From: Mobula hypostoma | Taxonomy: Eukaryota | Assembly (NCBI RefSeq): GCF_963921235.1 | Contig: NC_086097.1 | Location: forward strand, 12,834,001-12,898,000 | Direction: 5' to 3' | Length of the DNA: 64,000 nt | Part shown: piece after piece, positions 13,073-25,760 of the stretch | How the letters are laid out: each line of letters starts with the position of its first letter | Position numbering within the stretch: position 1 is the first letter of the stretch | The notes under the pieces: model-generated | Databases searched by the model: none | Seen by the model: the letters and a program-made list of their open reading frames with translations, nothing else | What the model was told of the DNA's origin: nothing | Position numbers and translations under genes: made by a program

Positions 13073-14009
13073 GAATGTGACTACAGATGAAAGGCAATTC
13101 AAGCATAAATCACAAGTATGGACTTTGCCATTAATTGTGAACAATCCAAGAATGAATAGAGTGACAACGGGTGATTGGCTACCTCAGTGCCTGATCATCA
13201 GTTGGAAAAAAGTGCTGTTGGTTGTCATGAAGGCAGTGGTGGGATGGATTAGTCACTGGGTAAAAACAGACAAGGAGACAGATTTTCCCTTAATTCAAGA
13301 AAACAAACCTCAATAGCTTAAATGTGGTCTAACTGAAGGGGCTGCATTGTCATCAACTTCCCCCTTTTCACAAAAGAGCATATCTTTCCACTAAATTACA
13401 AGACATCATATTGAAACAAAGATTGGTAAATATTGCTAAATATTTCGAACAGTTTCCCATAAAGATGAAAAAACATTAAGGAACACTAAAAGTGTAGTTA
13501 AAAAATACAGAAAGCATATGTATACTGCTTTTGAACTCAGGTATTGAACTCAGTCATTTCCATCATGGTTACTGGCCTGTCTAGTATCCAGCACATCTTC
13601 AAGGAGCAATGCCTTAAAAAAAGCAGCATCTATCTTTAAGGACACCCATCACTCAGTACATGCTACCATCAGTGGGTGTGTGCTGGAAAGTACACACTTA
13701 ACAATTCAGGAACAGCTTCTTCCTCTTTGCCATCCGATTTCTGAATGTACATTGAACCCACAAACAATACCTCACTACTTTTTAAAATCTTTTTGCAGTA
13801 TTTACTTAATTTAACTACATATACTGTAAATTACAGTCTCTTCTATTATTATGCATTGCACTATACTGCTGCCGCAAAGCGACACATTTCACAACATATG
13901 CTGGTGATATTAAACCTGATTCTGACTTTACAACAGCACCAATTTATGGTGGGCAGCCGCTGGATGCTTCACGCCTACAATAGTTATGTTAAACAAAAGT
14001 ACTAACTAT

Positions 14010-14630
14010 AAACTTGAACATGAGAAAGTCTGTAGATGTGGGAAATTGAAAGCAATACACTGGAGGAACAGCAGGTCAGGCAGCATCAATTGAAAAGAGT
14101 ATACAGTAGATGTTTTGGGCTGATACCCTGCTTCAGGAATGATAAGGAAGGGGTAAAGATGTCAGAATAAAAAGGTGGAGCAAGGAGAAAGAGGTCAGCT
14201 GGGTGGTGAAAAGTGAAGCCAGGTGAGTGAGGAAGGTCAAGGGTTGGAGAAGAAAGAATCTTGATAGGATAGGAGAGTGGTCAATAGGAGAACTGGAAGA
14301 GGGGGGAACCTAGGGGTGGTAATAGGCAAGTGAGACGACATGAAAAGTCAGATTGGGGAATAGAAGAAGGTGGGGAAGGGGAGAATTTTGTTCATCGGGA
14401 GGAGAAATTGATATTCATGCCATCAGTTTGGAGGCTACCCAGACGAATATAAGGTGTTACTCCTCCACCCTGAGGGTGGCCTCATCTTGGTACAAGAGGA
14501 GGCCATGGATCAACATGACAGAATGGGAATTAAAATGTTTGGCCACTGGGAGGTCCCGCTTGTGACTGATGGTGTGGAAGTGCTCGACAAAGCGATCCCC
14601 TGATTAATGATGGATTTTACCAATGTAAAG
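14010..14630 (-). mobile_element. Older Penelope (Neptune-type) 3' fragment
   Basis: 14400-14625 is similar to 56850-57100; UTR with a degenerate hammerhead motif at about 14105-14140. Confidence 0.85.
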
Positions 14631-17037
14631 GACTATTAACTTGTCAGGTTTTCTGTACTTAATACACAAAAGATGATGTACAGTTAGTAGAAAGGCAAAT
14701 GGTCCAATTAGAAAAAGCATTAAGTTTGTTATACCATCACTTAATGTTTTGGGAGCGGGGCGGTGGTGACACTGGTTAATTAAAATCTGTTGAGTTAAGA
14801 ATTAGTAAGCTTTCCTGAGGGCATTGAGTGGAACAGTGAAAACAAGTTGTGTGTTGCTCTGGATTTCCAGCATCTGTAGAGTCTATTGACTTTGTGGGGG
14901 AAAAAGTTATTTAAGTTCAGATGGAAATGTACATTTCAAGCCCTGCCGCAGAGAAAAGAGGAAGTTCTGTTCAGTCAGTATCAGTCAGGAATTTTACATT
15001 TTGAAATGCAGCTCACAACAAGGTAGCCAGAGGTATAAGATCCTTCACAACTTTCAGATGTGGTTTCCTTCCTTTGAAAACAGCAATTAATAAGAAAAAG
15101 CTGGAAACACTCAGCAGATCAATCGCTGTAAAAAGGACCAAGAAACAGAGTTAATGTTTCATTTTGAAGACCTTTCATCAAAACAATTCTAATGGAGAGT
15201 CTCAGACTTGAAACCATTAACTCTATTTCTCTTTCTACACCTGCTGCCTGACCTGCTGAGTGTTTCCAATATTTTCTGGGTTTTTTCAGATTTCCAACAT
15301 TTGCAGGTTTTTTTTAATGATTCTAGATTGCTTAATGCATTTCCTGTAGACACGTGTAAAAGAGAAAGAAATAATTGTTTCTCCAGATAGGATGCAGCTA
15401 CAAAAAGAACAGAATAAATAAAGAACACAAGACCTTGGAGCTGACTACTGACTTCAGGGGAAGAAACTGGAGGCCCATGAGCCAGTCCTCATCAGGGGAT
15501 CAGTGGTGGACAGATTCAGCAACTTTAAGTTCCTCTGTGTTATCATGGAGTGTTCTTGCAAGAAAGCAGCATCCATCATCAAGGAACCCCCCCCAGGCCA
15601 GATCATGCTCTCTTTTCAATGCAGCCACCAGGAAGAGGGTACAAGAGCCTTCGGACTCACACCACCAGGTTCAGGAACAGTTATTACTCTCCACCATCAG
15701 ACTCTTGAACCAGTGGGGATATCTTCACATAATTTCCCTCAACCCCGCTTGCCCCATCACTGAACCGTTCTCAGATCCTATTCCAACTACCTTCAAGGTC
15801 TCTTCATCTCATGTTCTCCATATTTTATTTGCTTATTTATTATTATTATTTATATTTTATTTTCTTTTGTATTTGCATAGTTTGTTGTCTCTTGCATACT
15901 AGCTGCTCGTCCACTCTTTTGGGTGTGGTCTTTCATTGATTCTATTAAGGTTTTTTGTTCTACGGAGTATGCTCAAAAGAAAATGAATCTCGGTGTTATA
16001 TACGGTGACATAGTTGTACTCAGTAATAAATTTACTTTGAACTATTAACTTTGAATAATAAAAAGCACAATAATTTTTAAACATAAAATAGCTTATATAC
16101 ATAGACTGATTGCATGTCAATAAAATTATGCTAGGCCGTAAAAGTTCAAAGTTCAAAGTGAATTTTATTACCAAAGTACATATATGTCACCATATACAAC
16201 CTTGAGATTCATTTTCTTAAGTGCATATTCAATAAATCTATAGAATAATAGCCGTAACAGAATTAATGAAAAACCGTCCAACTGGGGCTTTCAACCAGAG
16301 TGCAGAAGACATCAAACTGTGCAAGTACAAAAGAAGAAATAATAATAATAAATAAATAAGCAATAATTATCAAGAACATGGGATGAAGAGTCATTGATAG
16401 TGAGTCCATTAGTTGTGGGAACAGGTCAATGACAGAACAAGTGAAGTTATTCCCTTTGGTTCAACAGTCTTATGTTTGAGGAATAGTAATTGTTCGTGAA
16501 CGTGGTGGTGGGACACTTAAGGCTCCTGTACCATCTTCCTGGTGGCAGCAGGGGGAAGAGAGATGTCCTTAGTGGTAGGGGTCCCTAATGATGGATGCCG
16601 CTTTCCTGTGACAACATTTCATGTAGGTGTGCTCAAAAGTTGGAAGGACTCTACCGTTGATGGACTGGATCATAAAGTGACTGACAGGAACTAATAAAGT
16701 AGTGGTGGAGTTAACGGGTGGAGGTGTTGGTCAGCCTTACTGCTTGGTGAAAGCAACTGTTTATGAGTCTGGCGGGCCTGTCATGGATGCAAGTAATAAC
16801 ATTTATTTGTTTTAACACTCAGATTGTTGGATTTTGATAAGGGATTTGGTACAGGCAGTTTACAGATCAGACTGAAGGAGTGGACTAGGATTGAAAGACT
16901 AAACAGTCAGTGTAACACACAAAACGCCAGAAGAATTCAGCAGGTCAGACAGCATCTATGGAAAAAAATAATGAGTATTATTTCAGGCCGAGACCTTTCA
17001 TGAGGAATTCAGCCAATCCTGTTCCTATAATCAGTTT

Positions 17038-17180
17038 ACAACAGGAATTCTGCAGATGCTGGAAATTCAAGCAACACATATAAAAGTTGCTGGTGAACGC
17101 AGCAGGCCAGGCAGCATCTCTAGGAAGAGGTGCAGTCGACGTTTCAGGCCGAGACCCTTCGTCAGGACTAACTGAAAATA
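17038..17180 (-). mobile_element. 143-bp Penelope terminal-repeat insertion with an 11-bp TSD
   Basis: Near-identical to 56412-56550; flanked by ataatcagttt (17027-17037 and 17181-17191). Confidence 0.88.
17134..17169 (-). ncRNA. Minimal type I hammerhead ribozyme motif
   Basis: RNA reads AGUC CUGACGA AGGGUCUCGGCCU GAAAC GUC GACU: catalytic core, stem I AGUC/GACU, short stem II, palindromic ACGU stem III. Confidence 0.75.
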
Positions 17181-17201
17181 ATAATCAGTTTCCTTTTCAG
17201 G

Positions 17202-17282
17202 CAGGGGTTCCCAACCTAAGGTCCATGGACCCCTTGCAAAATGATATTGGACCATGGCATAAAAAAGAGTCGGGAACCCCGG
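17202..17282. mobile_element. Small hAT-type MITE
   Basis: Imperfect TIRs caggggttcccaacct ... agtcgggaaccccgg; no clean 8-bp TSD. Confidence 0.55.
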
Positions 17283-18401
17283 TTTAGGGTATCTGAGTAT
17301 TATTTTGGAAGGTTTTTTAGTTAGATCTTTTCAAACTCCTGTATGGATGGATCATGGTGGAAAATTTCACAATTTACCCACTTTCTTTTGCAAATTCTGA
17401 ATCTACTGAGCAGATGTCCCCTCACCACAGAGTTACAAGATCAGCAAAAAACACCGTACCCTCAGCACTCTGGAACTGAAACAGCAAAAAATTCATTTTC
17501 ATCAAGGTAAGAAAGAGTGGTTTGTGGTAGAAATGTGAAATACAGTGGGCATCTGACAGATGATTGAAATAATATAGAACGAGCCAGTCGAATTTTTAAA
17601 CAGCCTTTCCTTCTTTAATTTTTATGAATTATTAACATATGCTGAAAATTCAGTAATAGAATGGATCATGAATTGATGAAAAATGAGCTAAATTCAGACC
17701 TATTTTATTTTGGAATTATTTTGGAAATGAGAAATGTCATGATTTTTCCTTCCTGAAGTAATTTTAAACACCATATTAATATCAAGGATTAGGTGCCAAC
17801 ACTTTGAAGGGTTAACCTTCAGGATGGGTCCCACTACAGCAAACTTGTTTCTGAAAGCTTATGCAGGACTTTAGTTTCACCGTGCATACCCAATACACAA
17901 ACTGTCACAACCACAACAGTAAAATGTGCGTCTATGAATAAGTAGGACACAGTAAACCTTTGAAATAGCTGTGGTTAGTGGCTAGAGGAATTAAAACTTG
18001 CCTTCAAGCAGAAGTGATAATAGCTGCCATACTGAATTGCCACATTAGTTTGACTGAACTTATTTTCCCACACTAGACCGCACAGATTTCATCTGATGAA
18101 TGGAAATTAAGGCTGTGTTTAGGGAAAGAAAAAGAAAGACAGAAAAAGGCATTCATCCTAAAACAAACCTACTATTTACTGGCGTCGGAATATTTGTGGC
18201 CACAGTTTATTTAACAGTGATAAAATGCACATGCTATTAAACCCTAATGCCACAAACATTATTCCACAAAGTAAGCCTTAGATAAGAAGGGTTGAAACAG
18301 AAAAGGCTAAAAAAAAGACTCAGCAAGCCAGGTAGCATCTGCGGAAAGAGAAACAGATTTCACATTTCAGTTCAGAGACCCTTTGTTAGGACTGGGAAAG
18401 A

Positions 18402-18960
18402 GAGAATTTCAATTTCGCTTTGTGTGAAAGAAGTGCTTTCTGATTTCGCCTCTACATGCACTATTACTCTGAATTCTCTCGCACTTGGAGGTTTGTGAGA
18501 GAATGCAGAAAGGAGTCCACCCAGAATTCAAAGACCTGCGTTTGATCACCGTTCAATGGTATAGATTCCAGGAATGCAAGATTGTGAAATCAATCCTCAT
18601 CATTTAATTCCTGAAACCCTGGTATAAGGAAGGCAGAGAATTTGTATCGAAAAAGTTCTTACAACATTTAAAATGTACTTGGACAGGTACATGCATAGGA
18701 AAGGTTTATGGGGATATGGGCCAAAGATGGGCAAATGGGAATTTGATCAGCATGGACCAGGTGAGCCAAAAGGCCTGTTACCATACTGTACGTCTCTATG
18801 ACTCTATGACAGAGGCACATCTGTGAGAGTTGCTGCATCACAGCTTCAGCAACTGGGATTCAACCCTGATCTTGATTTTTATCTTTGTTGGGTTTGCACA
18901 TTCCCCTTATCTACTCCCTGTGGAATGTGTGGATTTTCCCCAGGTGCTCCAGCTTTCTCC
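18402..18960 (+). repeat. Copy 1 of an old local duplication (unique sequence + CR1 tail + SINE head)
   Basis: Colinear similarity to 19867-20178 plus 20758-21020. Confidence 0.85.
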
Positions 18961-19650
18961 CAAGGTCCAAAGACTTACTGGGTTGGTTAATTGGTCATTG
19001 TAAATTGTCCTGTGAGTAGGTTAGGGTTAATTGGATTTGTCAAGGGGGTTGCTGGGGCAGTGTTGTTCAAAGGGCTGTATCAGTCAATAAAATAAACTAT
19101 AAATAAATTAGTCTATTATTGTTACCTACAACAAGGTACAATTAAACACTTACCTTGTATGCTCTCACATACACTCAGTGGGCGTACAGAGACTTTTTGC
19201 AGAACAGCATCAGAATTGAACTCTGAACTCCAGAGAGCCCCGAGCTTTAATAGTGTTGTGCTAAATGCTTTGCTACAATGGCACCAATCCTTTGAATAAA
19301 TAAAACAAAATTAACATTTTCATCGATGATCTTCCGCCAACTTTTCCAACTTCTGTTCAGCACTTCATCATTTTCCAGCAGGGCTTCAGGAACACTCTCT
19401 CTTCGTACTGAAATCCAAAGTTTCAGGGCAAGCATCACATTTCAGCTGACTCTTCGTCACGGTATAAATACAAAGAATAAACTTGTATTTTGATGTCAAA
19501 AGAAACAAATCATACACACTACAGCTCTCAGAAGCACAACATCCAAATATCATTCACGATTTCCCCAGTGAACAAAACTCTATTAACTCCTGTCCTGGAT
19601 AAAATAGCTCACCGCCCACCACCCCCCCCCCTGCCCCCATATCCACAGTT

Positions 19651-19857
19651 ATTGCTGCTCCTCTCCACGCTTTGTGGCCCACTGGACAGCAATCTTGCTT
19701 TTCTTTAGTATTTTGCCTGTTTTTTTATATGAAGCTGAGTTGCTAGCTCGACGCTCAACCCAGCACAGATAGAAAGCGTGCAAGGAGCCCGCAGGATTCA
19801 AACCTCTTACCCCAAAGTCCAGCGCAGATGCCACTACGCCACCAGCCGGCTAATTGC
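19651..19857 (-). mobile_element. tRNA-derived SINE (head type B, tail type Z)
   Basis: Head ccggctggtggcgtagtgg...ggtttgaatcc; flanked by ccacagtt (19643-19650 and 19858-19865). Confidence 0.8.
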
Positions 19858-19866
19858 CCACAGTTG

Positions 19867-21020
19867 GAGAATTTCAATTGCACTTGTGTGAAAGAAGAGC
19901 TTTCTGACTTTGCCTCTATATACACTATTATTATGAATTCTCTCACACCTGGAGGTTTGTGAGACAATTCAGAAAAGTGTAGATGTGGAATTCAAAGACC
20001 TGTGTTTGATTAGTATAAATTCTAGGAATTCAAACCAAGATTGTGCAATCATTCCTCATCATTTAGTTCCTGAATTCCTGGTGTAAGGAAGGCAGAGATT
20101 TTAAATTGAAGTAAGTTCTTACGACATTTAAAATGTATTTGGGCACAAACATGGATAGGAAAAGTTTACAGGAGTATGAGGGCTCCTGAAGTTTGTCACA
20201 GCCTGGAGTCATTATCGGGATAAGCTCCCACTACCTAATTAATGCATGTAATAGCCTCTGACAACCAAGTCCAGCTCCTGGCCTTCATGTGTGCCTTAGC
20301 TACTATGGCCGGTGGAACCGTTTCTACTGACAGGAGGAGGGGAAAATGCAGGTAAATGACACCTTAAAACCAGTCACTTTGAGCAGATGGGGCACCTCAG
20401 CTGTGGTTGGCAGCTCATCTAGGAGAAGTAAAACTTTGATCTCAAACCTAAACTGTTTTGCGGCTGTACCCAGTCGTGGAATTGGATTCAGGAGTAAACC
20501 CTGAGGGAAAAATGCGGAGCTGGTATCTCTAAGGCAGTCCTACGCTGAGTACAACACTGACTGGCAACTCCTGCAATGCTGCTGATGCCAAACTGTATTG
20601 GTCTCTGCTGTTGCTTTGGGTTCATCAGATGTCCAGAGAGGGGGAGCTTTCTACATAAGCAACCACTTGCTCTCCACATGGCACTGCCCAGGCTGGCATA
20701 CCTAGATGGCTAGGATGCATCATCCATGATTGACCCTGACTGACGGAAGCCTCTCTCACAGGGATATGGGCCAAAGGTGAGCAAATGGGACTTGCTAATC
20801 ATGGTCAGCATGGACCAGATGGGCCAAAAGGCCTATTTCCCTGCTGATTGATTCTGAGGCTATGGCAGAGGCACATCTATGAGAGTTGCTGCATCACAAC
20901 TCCAGAAATGGCAATCCAGTCCTGACCATGGATGTTGTCTGTTTCGAGTTTGTACATTCGCCATATGACCACATGGTCTCCCCCTGGAGCTTTCAGTTTT
21001 TTCACACACCCCAAAGTCAT
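19867..21020 (+). repeat. Copy 2 of the local duplication, interrupted by an insertion of about 580 bp
   Basis: Alignment to 18402-18960 breaks at about 20178 and resumes at about 20758. Confidence 0.85.
20179..20757 (+). mobile_element. Non-autonomous RTE-derived retroposon
   Basis: RTE 5'UTR-like motif catctaggagaagtaaaactttgatctcaaacc; 3' end similar to the tail of the SINE at 58433; imperfect TSD acaggagtatg/acagggatatg. Confidence 0.6.
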
Positions 21021-21624
21021 GTTGATTCCCAAGTGGTTATTGTTAATTATCTGCAATGTGGTGGATGATCAGGGTGGAAAGGGGGTGGACAGGTCTTGAT
21101 GTGCATTGTTAATTATTGTTAATTATCCATAATGAGAGTGGGTTGTGGACAATCAGGATGGAAAAGGGGTGGACAGGTTTTGTTGTGTGTTGGAGAGAGT
21201 ATAGGTGACAAGAAAGGTGATAAGTAATCAGACTGATATGATTACCTCTACAAATGTCATAGATTTGATGGGCCAAGTAGCCTTCCAGTATGTCACAACT
21301 AAATATGATAATATCATTAATATAAAAAACAGGGTTTAGGCTTTCTCTGTGCTACATTTTTATATTAATCTGCTCGATGGGAGTAGGCAATTTAAATGGT
21401 TCAGCATGGACTAGATGGGCTGAAGGGCTTGTTACTGTGCGGTATTTTTCTATAACTCTTGTAAGTCAAGTAAACTATTATTTATACCTCTCAAAAGCTT
21501 GCATCCAAACAGTATATTCCATTTCAGATGGACTATAGAATCAGCATCATGAAGATGAGAGCAAATGAAGAGCAGAATAATTACTAATTGCCTCAGTCTG
21601 TTGTCCAACATTAGGGCAGTGGTT

Positions 21625-21970
21625 ACCTATTACATACTGCCCATTATGCTGCTGGCATTTGGGGCAGCAATGAAGATCCTCCATCTCTGTCTGACCATAT
21701 TGTTGCACACAGATATAGAAGGATTCTTCATTGCTGTTTCCATAACAATTTTTTTTTTCATTTTGGGTTGTTAGCCCTGAGCTAAACCCTTGGACTTGGA
21801 GAACCAGTGGACCACTCTTAATCTGGCCTCAATCCTTTGACCTGTTTGTCATAGGTGTTTTCACCAAGAGCTAAAGCACAAAGCCCTGACTCTAGCCTAC
21901 ATAGCTGTCTGGGTCACTGAGGCAAGCATGCCTCCAAACACTACAACAAAGTTGTGGACCTCTTAAAGGA
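21625..21970 (-). mobile_element. Non-autonomous RTE-like element
   Basis: Minus strand carries RTE 5'UTR-like ggtcaaagg...ccaga...gagtggtccac...cagggctaacaaccc. Confidence 0.5.
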
Positions 21971-22220
21971 GTGTAGCAATTAACACAACACTATTACAGC
22001 TCTGGGCTGTAAGGAGCTTGTATGTTTCCCCCAGGACTGTGCTGGTTTCCTCCAGGAGCTCTAGTTTCCTTCCACAACCTAAGGAGGTACCTGTTAGTAG
22101 GTTAATTCAACATTGTAAGTTGTGTGATTAGACTAGGGTTAAATAGGGTGTTTGCTGGGTGACCTGGTTTGTTGGGCCAGAAGGGCGTGTTCCACACAGC
22201 ATCTCTAAATAAATAAATAA
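21970..22220 (+). mobile_element. V-SINE (HE1-like) element
   Basis: Central ggtttcctccaggagctctagtttccttccaca; (aaat)n tail. Related copies at about 18810-19095, 46075-47095, 62195-62390 and 63550-63805 (minus). Confidence 0.65.
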
Positions 22221-22864
22221 TCATATAATATATTAGAATTAAAGGAGTACTGGTTAAGTTAACAACGACAGGTGCGGGAACCTCCCGGCCTTCTAGTAAA
22301 ATGCTCATTAAAGCCAATCTCTTTGATAAAGCCTAAGGTCACCTGCCCTGGTATTTCCAAAGTTAATCAGCTTTGAGTTTTATTTGCCTATGCTCCTGGG
22401 AGGATTTGTTGTATTAACAAGGGTGTATCATACAGGCTGTTGCTGATTAAATTAGAAATGCATGACATAATCAGGGAAAACAAAATAGATTTGGTTATAT
22501 ATTCCTGATTATACAATAGAATTTTCTCGAAGAGTTTCAATAGAATCAAAAATTCAAAATGTTGGTGTTAAAGTTCTTTGCAACTTTAATAAAGAGCTAA
22601 CAACACCTCCATATAAAGGGCATCTGTGAGAAATCTAATTGGTGCCTGGTTTTAAGTTCAGAGGAACATTATAATTGGTCAACTAACAGAGTGACATTGA
22701 GCCTTTATCTTTAACCCACTCACTTCTGGTACAGAGAGCCGTAGTCAAGTACAAGACTCAAGATTCAGGATTGTTTAATGCAATTTCCAGTACTCAAGTG
22801 TAAAGGAGAATTAAATAATTGTTACTTTGGAGCCTTCTTCTCATTAGGAATGAGGTACAGGTTT

Positions 22865-23375
22865 CCCACACCATGAAAAACATTCTTTCCACATCTACTC
22901 TAGGCCTTTCAACATTTGAAAAGTTTCAATGAAAACCCTGTCATCCTTCTAAATTCCAGTGAGTGCAGACCCAGAGCTATCAAATGTACTTTGTCTGATA
23001 ACCCTTTCATTCCCAGAATAATCTTTGTGAACCACCTCTGAACCCTCTCCAATGCCAGCACATCTTTTCTTAGATGAGAAGCCCAAAACTATCCACAATA
23101 CTCAAAGTGTGCCTTCACCAGTGCCTTATAAAGTCTCAGCATCACATCCCTGCTCTAGTATTCTAGACCTCTTGAAATGAGTGCTAACATTGCATTTGCC
23201 TTCCTCACCACTGACTCAACCTGCAAGTTAACCTTTAGAGTGCTCTGCAGAAGGACTCCCAAGTCCCTTTGCATCTCAGATTTTTGGATTTTTTCATTTA
23301 GAAAATAGTCTGCACATTTATTTCTTCCCCCAACGTGCATGACCATGCACTTTCCATCATTTCATTTCATTTGTC
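22865..23375 (-). mobile_element. CR1 RT fragment
   Basis: QRDLGVL...VVRKANAMLALISRGLEY. Confidence 0.85.
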
Positions 23376-23889
23376 CCTTCTGGTAGTTTCAGATTTAAAT
23401 TATTGGAACGCAAAAAAAAATCATTTAATTAATCTTTTTTCCTACTTATGCTCTCCCCAATAACTATACTTCAAAGCAAATTCATATCCAAACTTTGAGA
23501 CCTAGGATTCAATACCCCTCCTTGCAAATTGATCCTTGACTTCTGACAAGCAGACCACATTCAGTAAGGATAGGCAGCGATTCCATAATCATTATTCTCA
23601 GTACTGTTCCACACATGGCTATTTTCTAAATGTCCTACCCTACTCCTTTTACACTCACAACAGTGTGGCCAGATTCTGCCTAACTCCATCTGCACACTGT
23701 ACACAGCACATACTACAAACAGGAAATTAGTCACCTGGTTAATTTGAGTTATAAAAACAACTTCTCGCTCAATGCCAACAACAAAACTAAAGAATTGATT
23801 GTTAACTTCAGGAAAGGGGAAAAGGGCATAAATGCCCCTGACTACATTGGAGGATTGGTGGTGCAGAGTCAGCAGCTATCAATTCTTTT

Positions 23890-24200
23890 GAGAGGAAAGT
23901 TATTGAAATAAGACTAGAGAATAAGAATTTTAACAAAGATGAAGGTCTTGTTCTAAGCAAGAGTCGGAGTACAACTTTAAACAAGGTAGGACAGTGGAAA
24001 CCTGATTGGTTGAGGACTAACCAATCAGGAGGGGCAGACAATGGGAGTTGAGTATATATACACCTGGACTAGACATGCCTAGGCATCATCCCTGAAGAAG
24101 ATATGAAGAATGTCATTGAAACATTGGTTCAAATTGAAACGTGGACCTTGCTGGAAGCCCAAGTTTATGAGACATATGCACCGGGAAAGCACGAGATTTT
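23890..24200 (+). mobile_element. 3' end of a second Penelope family (Poseidon/Penelope-type)
   Basis: Translates as VIEIRLENKNFNKDEGLVLSKS, matching the EAIEI...NFNRDEG C-terminal motif of PLE endonucleases; hammerhead-like ctgaagaagat...tgaaacattgg at about 24092-24127. Confidence 0.6.
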
Positions 24201-24564
24201 TTTTTTTAGTGGAATCTGTCCAATACAGCAGAACCACATACTGTAGCTCCTACCCTTCGGAATAATTCACATGACGCATTGCTTCAGGATGCCACATCCA
24301 TTATCAAAGATCCCCACCATCTGAGTCATGCCATCCTTTTGCATCTATACAGGTACTTCATCATTGTGGACTCTCACCATCCACACCCTCTTCTCAATAC
24401 TGCCATCAAGGAGCAGATAGAGCAGCCAGAAGAACCATGCACAGCATTTTAGGAACAGCTTCTTCCTCTCCACCATTAGATTTCTGAACAGGAGGTACAG
24501 AAGCCCAAAGTCCCACATCACTACATTCGCGAACATTTGCTTCAACCATTTGGTTTGTGAACCA

Positions 24565-25168
24565 TAAACACAAAATAATCTGCAGATGCTGGGGTCAAAG
24601 CAACACTCACAACACGCTGGAGGAACTCAGTAGGTGGGGCAGCATCCATGGAAAAGATCGGTCGACGTTTCGGGCCAGAACCCTTCGTCAGGACTGAAGA
24701 GGGAAGGGGCAGAGGCCCTATAAAGAAGGTGGGGAAGGAGAAGGCTAGTAGGTTCCAGGTGAAAAACCAGTAAGAGGGAAGATAAAGGGGTGGGGGAAGT
24801 GAAACAGGGAGGTGATAGGCAGGAAAGGTGAAGAAAGAATAGGGGAAAACACAGTGGGTAGTAGGAGGCGGAACCATGAAGGAGGTGATAGGCAGCTGGG
24901 GGAGGGGGCAGAGTGAAATAGGGATAGAGGAAGGAAGGGGGAGGGAATTACCGGAAGTTGGAGAATTCTATGTTCATACCAAGGGGCTGGAGACTACCTA
25001 GACGGTATATGAGGTGTTGCTCCTCCAACCTGAGTTTAGCCTCATCATGGCAGTAGAGGAGGCCGAGTATGGACATATCTGAATGGGAGTGGGAAGTAGA
25101 GTTGAAGTGGGTGGCTACTGGGAGATCCTGTCTGTTTTGGCGGACGGAGCGGAGGTGCTCGATGAAGC
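24565..25168 (-). mobile_element. 5'-truncated Penelope element with a 13-bp TSD
   Basis: GIY-YIG C-terminal codons plus 3' UTR; flanked by ggtttgtgaacca (24552-24564 and 25169-25181). Confidence 0.9.
24660..24695 (-). ncRNA. Minimal hammerhead ribozyme motif (variant)
   Basis: RNA reads AGUC CUGACGA A GGG UUCUGG CCC GAAAC GUC GACC; the core is intact and stem II is GGG/CCC. Confidence 0.7.
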
Positions 25169-25314
25169 GGTTTGTGAACCAGCCAGCAAAGCCCTAATCA
25201 CTACAGTTTAGCAACACTATGAACACTCAGACCACTTTGAACTAAAATGGACCTTTGTTTGACTCTAATTGTGCATAATTTATATTTAATTTATGTTTAC
25301 CTCGTGAATGCTGC

Positions 25315-25760
25315 TCATACTGAAAGGCGGGTTACATGAGGAGCGTTTGATAGGTCTGATCCTCCGCTCACTGGAATTCAGACGAATGAGGGGTGACTTC
25401 AACGAAACTTATCAAATGGTGAAAGGCCTTGATAGAGTGGATGTGGAGAGGATGTTACTATGGTGGGAGAGTCTAGGACCAGAGGAAACAGCCTCAAAAT
25501 AGAATGGAGATGAGGAGAAATTTCTTTAGCCAGAGAGTGGTGAATCTGTGGAGTTTATTGTCACAGGTGCCTGTGGAGGCCAAGTCACAGTAATATTAAA
25601 AGCAAAGGTTAATAGATTCTAGATTAGTCAGGGCATGAAGGAGGAGATGGTAGGCGATTGGGACTGTGAGGAAAACTGGATCAGCCATGATGAAATGGTG
25701 GAGCAGACTCGCTGGGCCAAATAGCTTAATTCTGCTCCTATATCTTAGGGTCTCATATGA
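25315..25760 (+). mobile_element. CR1 3' end
   Basis: SLEFRRMRGD...KGLDRVDVERM and a CR1 3' UTR. Confidence 0.85.
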
